Positions 10,620-24,445 are shown, counted from the stretch's first letter. The stretch is 64,000 nt of DNA from Psammoneis japonica (GCA_008632985.1 QPGO01000272.1:1-64000), one strand, 5' to 3'. Program-made: numbers and translations. The notes: generated from the letters alone by a model not told the origin.

Positions 10620-13033
10620 ATGGCAACGCCACTTCCAATGTTCACTCAAGGTCAACAGCCTTTGGTGGGAATCGAAACTCCTCATGACAACGACGTTCTG
10701 TGCGGACGCGGCGTGACGTAAGTATTCTCGAAGTGCTCTTCGATCGCTTTTTCATCTATCCACGTACTTTTTCTATCCCCAATAAGGCACTCACCTTACA
10801 ATATCGGTGGATACGTTGTAACGACGTCAAAACTTGTTTTCTCTCTGATTTTGCAGGACAAATCGGCATGGTGGGAACGAGCAGTTCAGAAGCCTTGTGA
10901 ACTGCAACAAGGTGCGTTAAGATTCCGTTAAGTTCAGATTTCTACGTATTTTTTCCCCTGTTTGGAAAGGGAATCTAGAATTCAAATCTTGACTCGGGTC
11001 CAATCCCGAAAGCTGCATACCGTTCTCCACTCTCCTACCGGTATCCTCTGCTCCGCTGTTGCACTGATGCATACCTACCTACCCTCATGTTCTCTCCCCA
11101 ACAGATATTCATGCTCTCACCCTCTCTTGCTCTACTTGCTATTTGCAGGAACTTTATGTCACAAGCACAAAGAGGCAAAAGATGACTATTTCGCGCTCTA
11201 TTGTTGATGCTGTGCGGACTCTTGATCCTCCTGGGAGATTCTGGAGAAAGACAGCACGACAGGACGATGGTATGATATTGGAGACAAGAAAGCAGTCGAA
11301 AAAACTTCGCAAGCACTGCGTGACGGAGCAGCGTGCTTACGAAAGCAACTGTCCGAAGACTTGAGTGATCCTGATTTCTTAAGTGCTGTTTTCGACATGG
11401 ACGAGCAGATGTTCAAGGACCCACCCAAGGCCAAGGCCAAGGCAACAAAAAGTAAAGGAAAGAAAGCAAAACAGACTCCAGCGAAAGGGCACCGGAGAGT
11501 GAAATCAAACCCAATGGAGAGTACAACTGCAAAGGCAAAGGCAGCCGCAGCACGGAATGCCGCAGCGAAGAAGCAGCGCGACGTTGAGTTGCCCTCCTCA
11601 CCTCGAGCTACGCAGAAGTCGCGACACACGCTCCATCTCCCACAGGTTCCTAGACCTTTGCAGTCTCCCATGTCTACGCCCTCTTCGCCTGCTGCATTTA
11701 CGAGGGGCGGGAGAGCCCATAGTTTGTCGCTCTCTGACGACTCGCCTCATTCGCTTGCCGCGCATTTAGGGGCGTCGCCGCCACAGGACAGCCCAAGATT
11801 CTTTCGTCATGGGCGCTTTACCTTTGACGGTCCAGATGGCGGCGTCAGTTCGAGTTCATCCTTTGAAATGCCACCTTCTCCCGGTGCTAGACAAAGCAGC
11901 CAGGAAATCCCTCCCCTTCCGCCGGACTCTCCCATGTCTTCTCCTCAGCGCGAGTATCAACGGCCTCCGCCGCCCCGTCCGTTTCCCTCGCCGGCGTACT
12001 CTGGACGCCACGGGCAACCGCCTATGTCTCCTTCGTCCCCATCAAGGACAAGTCGTCGTCATCATTCAGGTACACCCATGTCTCCACTGCCCTCGGGTCC
12101 TCTGCCGCCCGGCATTCATCGACTCTCGCCAGCTGGGTATCAACAGCAGACCATATCCTTACCGCCTGCAACCCACAGGACATCTCGAAACTCCCTTACG
12201 GAAGCCGTTTGTCCTTGACTCCGCGTTCATATCAGCGCTCGCCCGACAGGCAGGAGTTCAGACGCACTCCCGAGTATTCGCAGTCGCCTCGCCAAGGGTA
12301 CCGGAGGTATGGCAGTCAGTCTTCCGGTCTCTCAGTGCCCCATCTAGGCGGCGAATCACTGCGTGGTTACGATCGCCAGGGCCATCTGCCCATTTCTCCG
12401 GTGCAGTCCAGTCCGCGATCATATTTGCGACACCGTCCACAGACCACGATTCGTCCACGTCCCGAGTTCTTGCCGCCTCCACCGACGGCTTCGCCAAGGA
12501 GAGGGCAACCTGAACGTGTGATGAGCGCATCCCCTCGACCAGCCTATTCGCCAAGTCAACATGCGGTTCACCCCTTTCATCGTGATTCTGGGTACACCTA
12601 TGAAGAGTTTGATCCTCGTCAAGCTCACCAGGAAAGGCGTAGTAGTGACCAAGCTGAGCAGCGTTCAGAGACTACGCTGTTTGCAACTCCCGAGCAAGTT
12701 ATTCGGACAAAGTTTGAGAAGAACTTGGATTCCGATAGTCCGTCAGGGGTTGTAGACTCTGTGGAGGTGGTGCTAAGCTCCGAAATTGACGTGCCCAAAT
12801 CCAAGAGTCCCGTCATCCAAAGAAAGAGCTCAAAGGAAGACGACAGGGAGGAGCCAGACCTAAATCCGGCTTCTGATGGAGAAGACAACGACATGGTTCT
12901 CTCGCCTGTTCCATTCGATGGGAGCTCCTTCTTTGGAGAGAATCGTGACCAAGAGGCCTCTTCGATACTTGATTTGCCTGAAAACATATTGACTCTTCCC
13001 ATTTCCCCTTGCGGTCCCAGCGATGTTTCGTGA
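10620..13033 (+). CDS. DUF6824-type domain protein with long Pro/Ser-rich tail; 3 exons (10620-10717, 10857-10911, 11149-13033)
   Basis: Spliced translation PHDNDVLCGRGVTTNRHGGNEQFRSLV...IVDAVRTLDPPGRF(L)EKD...WYDIGDKKAVEKTSQALRD. GT-AG introns at 10718-10856 and 10912-11148. Two apparent 1-bp deletions (~11240, ~12193). Confidence 0.85.
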
Positions 13034-13446
13034 GTTTACACAAGGAATATATGTTTATGCACAAGATCTCTTGAATACATGTCCGCGGCTCTGAATAACA
13101 AGGAGGTGCGATTCATTACTCTATTTAGCGCTAGCGCATCGATGATGTATAGAATGTTTGTTTATCAGCTTGAGTGTATTACCGTAGTTATTATTGGTAA
13201 ACGGAATGAGGATCTTCGTCTTCGTTCATGCCCCTGTGTTTTTGTTCAATGGGCTTCTAGTAGCGTCGTGGTTATCTCACTCCACACATCCAGTCATTTG
13301 AGCCATGCCGGAACGTAAGAGAGTGTTCGACCCATCATCTACATTGAGGATAAAAAACAAAACGAGAAGCAAGGAACAAACGCCTCAGCAAAAGACAGCT
13401 TCAGCTAGTAGGGCTTCTCTAAAGTAGGGCTATACAGTGTTGTAGA

Positions 13447-13750
13447 ATAAGAAACATATTATATCGTTGTGCTAAGCTTTCGACAGAATTGGCTTTGGTG
13501 CGGTAGATAGCATCCACACTCTAGAGAGTAATAAGTAGAAAAATAATATCGTTGTCGCTGATAGTCTAAGCTTTCGACAAAATGGGCTTTGATAGATAGG
13601 ACTCACACTCTACTAGTAGTGCCACCTTTGGCGCGGTAGACAGCATCCACACTCTAGAGAGAAATAAGTAGAAACAGAATATCGTTGTCGCTGAGTAGTC
13701 TAAGCTTTCGACAAAATGGGCTTTGATAGATAGGATTCACACTCTACTAG
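13447..13750. repeat. ~130-bp tandem duplication (two copies plus a partial) between convergent genes
   Basis: GCATCCACACTCTAGAGAG...TAAGCTTTCGACAAAATGGGCTTTGATAGATAGGA repeated at ~13495-13620 and ~13626-13750. Confidence 0.85.
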
Positions 13751-14023
13751 AGTAGAGGTCTAGCTAGTAGAGAGAAATAAGCATCTACTACCAAGGAAAA
13801 AAAAACAAGAAGATAACTTTGGAACAAGAAAACAGGATTTTAGACTTGGTTCCGAGGAATCGCCTGAAGAAAAGCATTAATGAAGAGAAAATACTGTAAT
13901 GAAAGATCCGCGCAGCGATGACCATGAATGGCGGGCCAATCCAACAAATCTGGTTTGGACATGCTTAACAGGTATCGCCTGGACTAATTAAAGATCCGCT
14001 GCAACGACAAACGCTCGTAGCAA

Positions 14024-15736
14024 CTACCAAGAGTCGGAACATCTATTCTGTAACACCACCCTGACTCTTCTGGGAGGGGTCTTTTCCGAATCGTGGTCAC
14101 CGCCATTACTTGCGCTTCTGGAAGATTTCGGATCAATTCTGGTGGGTACATTACTCTCTTCCAAAGGTGATTTGTAGACAAAAATCATACTCAACAACGA
14201 TAGCGTCAAAACAGCCGTGTTTACCAAAAATGTTGATTCGTATCCAATCGCATCCGTCAAGTGGCCGCAGACAAGTGCGCCAACCACATAACCCATGTCT
14301 CGAACAAACCGATAAAATCCTAAAGCTAGTCCCCGATTGATTGGAGTAACCTCGTCTGCTGCTCCTGCTTGTAGAGCGGGATATGCCATGGCGGTACCGA
14401 GTCCCAAGGCAACATCAGCAACAAGCCATACTGTTACATGACGAGCATCGCCCACGACTCCCCACAAGGCATTTGGCAGTGCAAATAGGGCCATGGAAAC
14501 AGAGCACATGCTGATGCCCGTTACCAAAAATACCTTGCGCCCAAACTTGTCAGACATTGCTCCCGTAAAGGCTTGCGCAAAGCCCCAACAAAGCGGATAG
14601 AGCGCAATGAGCAAATCGGTATGGGCGTCGCTGAGCAAGTGTTCGTGCTTGAAAAAGACTGGAAAGGATCCCCAGGCAAATCCATCCTTGAAATTGAGCA
14701 CCATTCCTCCAAAGCATAACGTTACATAACTTGGATTTGTCCGCAACAAGTTGCAAAGAGTTGCCCGTGCCGAGAGATCCTTGTCAAACATGGATGTGGC
14801 GCTACTGCTGCTGACATCATGGGAACTGGAGTGTACATTGCTGTCATACAAGATCTTGCCATTTCTGACAAGCGGTGTCTTCTCCTCAGCATCAAAGTCA
14901 TGAGAGGCATCGTCGTCTTCAATATCATTCGATTTCCCGGCTTCTTCGGCACCAAAGCTTACAACAGAACCACGCCACGGTGAAACGTAGCCATCCAATT
15001 GTTTCTGTTCCATTGCGTCCAAGATACGACGACGCGTCAACTCGTCCTCCTCTGTTTTGCTTGGCTGAGTAGACATCATTCGGGCGTACTTTCTTCGTTT
15101 AGCCAATTCGGCTCGTTCGGATGCCGTTTGCTCGGCTCTTACTTGATCCAACGTATCCTCGAGTGGAATTGTAGAGAGTAGGCCAACAACCGCAAAGGCC
15201 GTCGCGACATAAAATGGAACCGGTCTGTATCCATAGACGGATGCTAACTGGCCCGCTAGTACATTGACCAAGGCCGTAGAGACGTAAATGGAGCACTCGC
15301 CAATCCCCACGGCAACGCCTCGTCTCAAGGGTCCCATGACATCAATGAGTAGAAAAAAAAGCGAGGAACCTAGCAATCCCTGAGAAAGTCCAAAGGCTGC
15401 ATTCATGAGTGTGATGGAATGCCACGACTGTGCAACGATGATAAAGGGCATGACGGGCAATCCTACAAGACATCCCAAAACGAGCGCTGGTTTTCTTCCG
15501 AAGCGATCCGCCAGAGGACCCGCAATCGCGTTGGCAATCGCCTTGGATAACCCAAACGTCGACACAAAAGCAAGACGAGTCGATGCCTTTGTCTGGCCAA
15601 AGGTATCCTTGGCCATTCTTGGTAAAAGAGAACGCTCAAAACCACAACCTGCTCCCATGCACCAGAAACCAATCAGAATCACCACAAACTGCTCGTGACG
15701 ATGCCATGTTTCGCACACAACTCCCAGACAACCCAT
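14024..15736 (-). CDS. Major facilitator superfamily transporter
   Basis: 570-aa ORF, two hydrophobic halves with a central loop, MFS motif A twice (GPLADRFGRK, GAMSDKFGRK). Confidence 0.92.
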   Translation of the reverse strand: MGCLGVVCETWHRHEQFVVILIGFWCMGAGCGFERSLLPRMAKDTFGQTKASTRLAFVSTFGLSKAIANAIAGPLADRFGRKPALVLGCLVGLPVMPFIIVAQSWHSITLMNAAFGLSQGLLGSSLFFLLIDVMGPLRRGVAVGIGECSIYVSTALVNVLAGQLASVYGYRPVPFYVATAFAVVGLLSTIPLEDTLDQVRAEQTASERAELAKRRKYARMMSTQPSKTEEDELTRRRILDAMEQKQLDGYVSPWRGSVVSFGAEEAGKSNDIEDDDASHDFDAEEKTPLVRNGKILYDSNVHSSSHDVSSSSATSMFDKDLSARATLCNLLRTNPSYVTLCFGGMVLNFKDGFAWGSFPVFFKHEHLLSDAHTDLLIALYPLCWGFAQAFTGAMSDKFGRKVFLVTGISMCSVSMALFALPNALWGVVGDARHVTVWLVADVALGLGTAMAYPALQAGAADEVTPINRGLALGFYRFVRDMGYVVGALVCGHLTDAIGYESTFLVNTAVLTLSLLSMIFVYKSPLEESNVPTRIDPKSSRSASNGGDHDSEKTPPRRVRVVLQNRCSDSW

Positions 15737-16172
15737 ACTTAATACTTCTTTTTAACTTGATGGAGTCGCGCAAGTTATGGCTCTAACATGTACCGTACGC
15801 TTTTCGTCAGAGCAATTTTTGAGCGAGGTGATTGGGCCCTACTCATTTTATGGTGTAAAAATACTTGACAACAAGGTGATCAGGCTTCTCAAAATGGAAG
15901 GGAATTTGCGCTCGTTCTGGCTCAGATTCTTCTCGTACTGTAAATCTGTAGAATGACGAGGTCGCAATTTCGCTAAATCATGACGATGTTTTCAAAAATA
16001 CTTTGTCCCGACACAATAACGGCCGCGAACACCGTTGTTGCGTTGGCGCTGCGGATTGATTTTTCTGTTGCTTTTTGTGTTCATTCAAAACTCAAACACT
16101 CAAAACCCAACCACCAAACGAAGGTCGTTGTTCTTTTGCTGGTACGGTATTGTTGCGTTTCGTGTAGTCAAC

Positions 16173-17399
16173 ATGAGTTACCGGCTTTTATGTGGCTTGC
16201 AAGAGGTTTTGGCCGAAACGAATCCGAGCACGGTTGACGCGATCAGTCTCGGAGACAATCGCGAAGGAATCAGAATCAGAAGCGGGGATGAAGGCATCGC
16301 ACAATTGTGCCGCGTCCTTCCGTCCTTTAGCAAGTTGCGGTCCCTTGACCTGTATGACAATGGCATTGGTCCCGACGGCATCAGGTCTTTGTGCCAAGTG
16401 CTGACATCACTTCGAAAGCTGAGAGACCTTTGCTTGTCAAGAAACAAAATCGGGGATGCCGGCATCGAGCAATTGTGCCGCGTCCTTCCGTCCTTTGGCA
16501 AGTTACGGTGCCTTCACCTGTGTGACAATGACATTGGTCCCGACGGCATCAGGTCTTTGTGTCAAGTGCTGACATCACTTCGAAAGCTGAGAGACCTTTA
16601 CTTGTCAGAAAACAAAATCGGGGATGCCGGCATCGAGCAGTTGTGCCGCGTCCTTCCGTCCTTTGGCAAGTTACGGTTACTTATCCTGGTTGACAATGAC
16701 ATTGGTCCCGAAGGCATCAGGTGCTTGTGTCAAGTGCTGATATCGCTTCCAAAGCTGAGAAACCTTTACTTGTCAGGAAACAAAATCGGGGATGCGGGTG
16801 TCAAGATTTTGTCACAAGTCATGCCGTCGCTTCCTCTCTTGAGAGCCATCCACCTAAGAGACATTGGCGTGGGCCCCGAAGGTGTAAAGTTATTCTTCGC
16901 AGCATTGGCACAGCACACAGGAATTGAGTATGTCCACTTTGATGACAATCCGATCGGAAACGAGGAAGCAGAGTACATTGGAGACGCACTGCTGCAGAAT
17001 TCAACGATCAAACATTTCTATTTACGACGTTGCTCCATTGAAGATGAGGGAGCCAAATCGTTGGCACGGATGCTTGAAAACAACACATCCATTGAAGCGC
17101 TCGTGCTTTGCCAGAACTCTTTTGGTGATGTTGGCAAGGCCGTACTGGTAAAAGTCGCGAAGCAGAATCCTAAAATTTCTCCTTACTTATGGAACGACAT
17201 GGATGATGAGCTGATTGCCGAAATCAAAGAGTGCCAAAACGTTTTGCGAGTGATGCGTAATCGTATTTTGCCAGTGGTCCGTGATCGTCTTGCGCCCGTT
17301 GGCATTTGGGCAGACGTGTTGGGGCGCGCTCGCAACAACCCAAACCTTATGTTCCACATTGTCAAGGAGAAAGCGGAACTATTCAAACGTGAACCTTAG
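16173..17399 (+). CDS. Ribonuclease-inhibitor-like leucine-rich repeat protein
   Basis: 28-aa repeats LxxLxLxxNxIGxxG; ~168-bp near-identical internal DNA repeats; first ATG at 16173; C-terminal WADVLGRA...LMFHIVKEK tail. Confidence 0.9.
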   Translation: MSYRLLCGLQEVLAETNPSTVDAISLGDNREGIRIRSGDEGIAQLCRVLPSFSKLRSLDLYDNGIGPDGIRSLCQVLTSLRKLRDLCLSRNKIGDAGIEQLCRVLPSFGKLRCLHLCDNDIGPDGIRSLCQVLTSLRKLRDLYLSENKIGDAGIEQLCRVLPSFGKLRLLILVDNDIGPEGIRCLCQVLISLPKLRNLYLSGNKIGDAGVKILSQVMPSLPLLRAIHLRDIGVGPEGVKLFFAALAQHTGIEYVHFDDNPIGNEEAEYIGDALLQNSTIKHFYLRRCSIEDEGAKSLARMLENNTSIEALVLCQNSFGDVGKAVLVKVAKQNPKISPYLWNDMDDELIAEIKECQNVLRVMRNRILPVVRDRLAPVGIWADVLGRARNNPNLMFHIVKEKAELFKREP

Positions 17400-17647
17400 T
17401 TCCTTCGGTGGAAGCAGCATTGCGTTTTTTTCTTTTTCCAGTTCACAGGACATTCCATCCCCGTGATTGCTGAAATGGACTCTGGACTGTACTTTCGTCT
17501 CTACCAGGATAGAGAGATAATGTTAGCATCAAATTTACACATATAACCCGCGCAATGAAGTTGCTTGACTCGATTATTCCTAGCTCTACCGTATGAAATT
17601 GAAAATGAAAATAGCATGCTAATGAGAGCGATAGAGCACTAGACTAT

Positions 17648-18490
17648 GAGATTGACGGAGCAGCTTGCTGAACACTGGCTGTATCTAGTCTAAAATGACT
17701 GTCGGTGTGGCGCATTAATGAAGTTGTTTGTAAGTTTCGTCGAGTGGCACAAAGCATTCTTGTGGGCTGCTGAAGCAAAATCTGAGTGGCCACAAAGTGA
17801 GTCCCACATCACAACATGGAAGCATGCAGGAGCACACCCACTCACTTCACATTTTTGGGTGCAGACTCCATTGGACGATGGATGGACGGTCCTGCAAAAT
17901 TGATTGGGAGGGCAGACAGGGCCAGTCTGACTGGGCCAGCCTGTCATTGTCATCAGCCAAGTTCTTGCAATCTGATGCTGGGTTGCTCTGCAAATGTGTG
18001 TTGTCAGCTTTTCTTTTTTCTCTGACAATTTTTTGCTGCATCAAAATTTTCAGCTCTGTGGCAATTGCAAGGAGGTTCAAGGTTCAAGGCAGGTTTGAGG
18101 GTGGTGATGATTTCCCTTTGCCTGCTTGTTGCTGCACATGTGTGCTGCGCCATCGCAACCAGCTCTCAATGCTGCACAGGAGGTCTGCACTTTCCCTGCT
18201 GTTTGCTTGAAACAAACAACAAGCTTTGTTGACTGCACAAGATCAAATGTTGCAAGCAAGCAAAAGCAGCAGGGGGGCTTCAAAGGGGCAAGGTCTGTGT
18301 TTCAGCCAAATCATTGTGAGCTGCAACATGGGTGCACAAGGGTGGAGAGACACAAGCACAACAATGACGTGCGCACAAATGAGCACTGATGATTTGGCTG
18401 CTGCACTTTTGATCGCCTCTCAACCAAGTTCTTTGTGTGACAGCCCAAATGTCTGCAAACAGGTGCAATGCAACATGTTGTGTTGACATG
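17648..18490. repeat. Unidentified TpA-depleted repeat downstream of the LRR gene; second copy at ~62200-62295 plus ~63280-64000
   Basis: Colinear matches such as TTGTGGGCTGCTGAAGCAAAATCTGAGTGGCCACAAAGTGAG and TTTTTTCTCTGACAATTTTTTGCTGCATCAAAATTTTCAGCTCTGTGGCAATTGCA. Confidence 0.85.
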
Positions 18491-21008
18491 ACTCACTCAT
18501 TTGTTCCTGCTCAAGTTGTGCCAGAATGCACAGCACACATGACTTTGACTTGTGACTGGCATTTTTCCCAATTTTTCTCTCTTTTCAGCTCAATTTCAAC
18601 AGCATGGATGGCCTGTTCCAGCCACAGGTGATGAGCAATTCATCACACAAGAGGCCAATTTTCTGTGCTGTTTGGCACACCAAACTCCTTCAAATTTGAT
18701 TGTTTTGAAAATCAAAAGGTGAGTGCACACAAAAAAAAAACATGAGGCATTTTTGTGCACAGCGACCCTTTGATTGGGAAAAAAACTGATTTTGAAGGAG
18801 CCCATTGTGCTGCTGGAGCTGGAACAGGCCAGACTCTTTCATCTCCAATGTTGTTGTCTCTGTCTCCACCTGCGCCATCAACATTTGAGCCACTTCTGTC
18901 CAACATGTCTGGCAACATTGTTCTGACAGCAGAGAAAGTGCAAACATTCATGGCGTTTGTTCTTGTTCAAACAAATCTTTGCTTGTGATCATCTGTCCAG
19001 TTGACAATGATGATCTTTGCTTTCCTTTTGCTTGCATGGCACATCATGAATGTTGCATTTTTGGATGAATTGCCAAACCCACTGCTGACTCTGTTTGCCC
19101 TTTCATTGGCTTGCATTTTGCATTTAAAAATTTTGCTGTGACAAGTGTGTCAATTGCAAGAGATGTGAGAGAAAACCCAAAAACGAACAACAAAAGCTCC
19201 TTCCTGCGGCTGTGCCGCTGCCCAGACTGCACATTTTCACAACTTGCACAGCAACAGCCAATGTTCTGTTTTTGCTGCCAAACCTTTCCTGCCAAAATTG
19301 CCAATGATCAGCATGCTGTGCTGTTTCTCTTTGGCAAGTGCGCCAGCGAAAAGAGAGGCACAGCAGGAAAAAACCCAAGCAAGCGAGGCAAACGCAAAGG
19401 CCCTTTGCGCGGTTTTGCCACAAGACTCAGGCTCTCAGCTCTCACAGCTTGTGCACTTCAATTTAAGTTTGCACTTGACAGATTGAAGGCTGACTTTCAG
19501 CAATCAGGTGTCAGGTTCTGCTGTCACACTGTGTCTGTGAGCAGCAGCGCCAAGGTTGCTTGGCAATCCAGCAGCCAGCTCTCTGTGAAAAATGGTTGCA
19601 AAAGGAAAGGATCTGCCTGCTGCAACACAAGAGACAAGCAATCAAGAGTGCATTTTCCTGTGGTTTGGTGTCAAAGGAAATGTGCTTGTTTGTGGTGCTG
19701 TGCTGGCAAGACCAGCTGCGAGGCACAGCCCAGCCAGCCAGCCGCTGCCAGCACAGCCAGTGGGTGCTGGCCTCCTCTCATGATGTTGGCATTGGGCCAC
19801 ATCATGCAGCTGTGCCACCACAGTCAAATGACATTTCTGCCAGCTCTGCATGAAAAAATGATTGCAAAAGGAAAGGAGCCATCTGCGGCGCAAGAGACAA
19901 GCAGCCGCCAAGCCCCCCCCCATGGTGGCGGGCTGCTTGAAGTGCTGCAGCAGCTGTGCTCTGTGCTGGCCATCCAACAGAGATGAGTGGACCACAATGT
20001 TGGCTGCAAGATGAAAGGACTGTGTTGGTCACAACTGGCACCAAACAACCGCGGGAAATTTTCCTTTCATCCGAGGGAATTTGGGGGCTGCTGAGAGAGG
20101 AGCCCCCCCATGACCCAAAACCCCGCTCATGCTCACATCTTGATTTCCCCCTCATTGGCTTGTTTTAAATGAAGAAAACAAAGAGGCTTTCCTCTTTTGT
20201 TTTGTTGCACAATGTGCACCAGATTTGCCACACCAACTTGAGCTTTTGTGGGCTTGCTTGGAGCAGATCACACTTGAAGAGACCATGGAAGCACATCTTT
20301 TTGTCCTTGAGAAAGTGCCTCCCAATGGTGTCTGCCTCACTCATTGAGTGCATTGCACAAAAAGAGGTGTTTTGGCAGCCACAGGTTCTGTGCAAATCAA
20401 CTTCTAGATGAAAGGTTCATGACGGTTGCAACCACGCATTGAATCACTAATTATTTTTTCCTTTTCTTATTTTCTTATATTTCCTTGTCTAGGAAATTCA
20501 GCGCCAAATAAGGAATTCCCTATGATCGAAAACCTATAATAATGCGGTGAATGGCACGTTGACAATGATTCCGTCTGTGGCGTCGCTATCAAATTTGTAC
20601 TGGATAACCATGTAGGTTTCTACTTGTCGCTATCAAAATGGAATTGTGTCGTTATCAAATTCTACACAAACCCTGGTACATTTCCTACACAGATAATAAA
20701 GAGCTACCTACGTACGTACTGTACCGTAGCTGGACGATTGCCGAGAGGCCTGTGAGGAGACCTTCGGGTGCGTGCGAGCGCGCGAAGAACGGTCGACGCA
20801 TAGACTCACGATGGAGAGTGGGCCGGCATGCATATTATGGCACGCACGACGCACAAGTCGCAGAAGCAATGGCGGCCATGAATGAATCATCTCATCAATC
20901 TGCATGGACCGCAATGTTATGCAACTGAGTGGAGAGCGAACGCAACGCCAAGCAACCAACCAAAAGAGGTGGAAGTTCATCTGAACACTGAATGACTCTC
21001 TCGACACC

Positions 21009-22424
21009 ATGGCGAGTAACGAAGAAGACGAGGAGAGGTTGGGCCATGCATGTTTCCAAACGTTCCGGAAACTTCCCCGACAAATTGCCGTCGCTAGCAG
21101 CTGCAAATTACGGGCGTTTTTAGGCAGTGAAACGATCCGGAAGCCCAACCGGCTGATGGTGTGGTGGATGCTGGGGGTTCTTCTCACCTTCATACCGTTG
21201 GGTCTACAGCTTGCACACATGTTGCGGAAGGCGCAAGATGGGGAGTGGGGACGGCAATGTCACGTGCAGGATATGATATGGATACGAGAAGAGGAAGAGC
21301 ACTTACAATAGCAGTGGAAAAGAGCAAGAAGCAAGAACCATTTACTCGAGAAACGCTATCAGGACACGCTCGCATGATTGAAGCGTGGCAAGAATCGGAA
21401 GCCGAAGAGTGCGCTGCTACCGCCGATGAAATTTTCGACGCTTCAACTCCATCCAATAAAGAAGGAATCAAGCATCTTCCATCCAAAGATATGATTGGTG
21501 TGGAAGAAGACACACGGTCGCTGGAGGTGTGTATGAAGCTGCGTCACAGCGAGGCTTTGAAAAGGTTTTAGAACTGTCCAACATCCGAGACATGTTTCCA
21601 GACTTGACGTTTACGCTTCTTTCAGAATGGAGTCGCGTTTGGACGGGATTTGGTATCGGAACGACTGTCTTTGAATGCTCCCACATTTGTTGGAATAATT
21701 ACAGGCTCGGCACTCGTTATGGGGTGCCGAGCGACAGTGACAATCAAAGATATCATTGTCGATGTCAATGCTGATTCCGTGTCGCCATGGAACAAGTTGC
21801 AGGGACTTGGTGTACAGAAAGCATATTATGAAATGAGCAGGTATGTTTATCTCAAAAAGCACGCCACGGATATCGTCAAGTACGTCAATGGAAAATACAG
21901 CAAGACGTCGAATCGATTCAAAAGGGATGAAACTCCCATTACTAGAGTGATTGTCACCGGATACTCTCTTGGTGGCATCGTGGATCCTTTTGGACTATAG
22001 TTGTCGGAGCGTTGAAGGACGTCGACAACAAAACCATTGCAATCTCTGCGCCCATGACAACACTCTTGGAAAGCCTTCGAGGATACTTTACGTTTTTTAC
22101 AAGACTCGATTGAACCTTAATATGAGCAACGTTGTTTTTAAAAAGCTGACGTTGTACCGAGAGGATACTCGGATGTTGAGTTATTGATGATTTTTCAATG
22201 CCTTCTAGACGATGCAACCAAGGCGTTTTCTGACGTTGCCGATCACTTTGCCAGGTCCTTTGTCAATGTGCATTTGAGTTTCTTTAAAATGAGAGGAATG
22301 ATGGAACAAGCCAAGCTCTATCGACATTTCGGTAAGCTCATGCACTTCGACAAACCGGACTCTGTACAGGTTGCTGGTTTCTGGACCAGGACTTGTAGCA
22401 AGCCCCGCTAAGTCTGTGAAATAG
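21009..22424 (+). pseudogene. Class 3 lipase-like (alpha/beta hydrolase) gene, copy 1, with frameshifts and deletions
   Basis: LVMGCRATVTIKDIIVD and nucleophile elbow VIVTGYSLGG; colinear with copies at 29.4 kb and 55.4 kb. Confidence 0.75.
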
Positions 22425-23599
22425 ATCGGAATTGTATTGTTGCAACCGCTAGTTAGGATAGGGAAATTGATACGAGTAAGAATCTACCGGTCTCTTGGTC
22501 TATGCAATCAACAAGAGCTTATGCCAGGAGTACGACTAATGGAGGAATCATAAGCCATTTAGCTCAGCACCACACAAAAACGAGACCACGACGTACAAAA
22601 GGGGTCGATTTGCGCAGGAGTAATGAGCGAGAACGTCTCGAGGAGGAAGCAGAGCAACGTAGACTCAAGCGGGAAGATTCAAGGAACTCGAAAGTCAAGT
22701 CTCCTGCTGATAACAAATACGACATCGTCGTGTAGAGCTCTCTGTGGTTACGTGAAATCCATCAAAACAAGATTGGAGTTAGTAGCTTTTTTCCTTGACA
22801 TGCTATATCTTGGACGAGACAACGAGCTGGGACACCATTCTGCAGTAAAGTAGATACCCGAAGACCCAGTGGATGTGGTCACACTGCAGATGTGGAGATT
22901 GCAAGGGAGACTTTTCATGCAGAATTGAATGTAAGTGGTCGCTCTTCTCAGGATGAGCTGCGCATCCGTGAAAAACGGTAGAAACGTAGCTGTGACACGT
23001 CGGCGCCCACAAACAAAAATGGTTCTAGTATAAGACTTGGTTTCAATGAGAGCGGTGTTGTACAACTCCATGTGTCTACGGAAATGACCAACTTGGGGGA
23101 GAAACTACCGATAAGCTTCACGATTTTGACGTCGACAGTCGAGCCAGACACTTTGCATCTGTAGATACAACAATAAGTGAGCCCGGTATCAAATTTCGAA
23201 GATCGATCCAACAGGACGCTCATTGAAGAAGGGCACGCCGCAGTCCGTCGATTAATTTCATTAGTGACATACTATGCGTGCTAAAACACCCCAGGTCACG
23301 CGACCGCACGTGGTCTCGGTCGCAGAGAAAGGGTTTCAAAAAGCTTCGCTCTCTACGGACACGACAGCTCGCTTTCTGTGGTTGGTTTATCCTTTCGGTG
23401 TGTTTTAAATCCATTCTATTGACAATGTGCGGCTTGGTAGACATAGTTGAGCAAAGAAAACTCCTTCATTATCAATTCAAAGATACAGAATATTGACTTT
23501 AGTTGCTACTTCTCAATATCCGGTAATACTCTCAAAGCCAGCATATCAAATACGAGTACGATTATTTTGCCACATCACGAAGACCAACACAGAGGCAAC

Positions 23600-24445
23600 G
23601 CAGAGTCAAAAATGCAATTATCGCTCACTTGGGAGTGTGCAAGGCTCAGAAGATGCCACCGTTGCGCTGTTGCTCCTCCAGATCGCCAGAGAGCTTGTGA
23701 TCCTCGCAGCAATACACGTGCAACTCATTATCTTCACCGATAAGGTTTTCGTCCCAGGCACAAAGGTGGTGGATTTGCTCTTTGCAATCCTCTTTGTGGC
23801 ATTCATGAGTTAGGTGTCCCGGAAACGGATGCCTGCAGTGCTCACGCAAGCAACAAAAAAAGGGAGGGTCTCACCCTCCGTTGGTGGTGCGTCTTCCTCC
23901 TCGTCACTTCTGGCCTGGTCCACCTCGCTTAGCAGCACGCCTTGGCGACGTAGTTCCGCCAAGATGCGGTCCTGCTGCGTCAAGATTCGTTCGATTCGTT
24001 CGCCTTGGCGTTCCTGTTCCGCCAAGACTCGTTCTCCTTGGCGTTCCTGTTCCACTAAGCTGCGTTTCTGCTGCGCCAAAATTCGTTCGGCCCAACCAGG
24101 AGTGCGGTCACCATTATCAGTGCTGGTTGGAGCGGCGTTGCCGTTGTAGGTGTCGCCGACGTTCATCTTTTCGGCTTGATATTGATTAATAGTAATGCTG
24201 ACCTCCTTTCCTTCACCAATACTAGTAGCCAGAAACGCAAGTAAATCATCTGAAGCGGCGCCCGTCAGTACGGTAGGAGCACCACCAGTGCGTTGTGCCG
24301 CCGTCGACTCGGAAGATGATGCCATCTGCGTGGAGTTCAATTGAGAAACGGAATACAAAATGTCACTCAGCACACGAGTGGATAGAACGCCACTAAGTAT
24401 CATACGGGGTGCATACTAAAGTGCAATATAACAGTATGTACTCAC
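23600..24445 (-). pseudogene. Coiled-coil repeat + Cys/His Zn-finger gene, copy 1 (no SUMO-like domain)
   Basis: ERILAEQERQG repeats; CCLREHCRH...HECHKEDCKEQIHHLCA...YCCEDH; GTGAGT donor at ~24445 and CAG acceptor at ~24327. Confidence 0.6.

Noticed and set aside
11235..12200. Programmed frameshifting or pseudogenisation of the DUF6824-type gene
   Set aside because: Both shifts are fixed by adding one base at short C/T runs in an otherwise clean gene; assembly indels are more likely, though reads are needed to confirm
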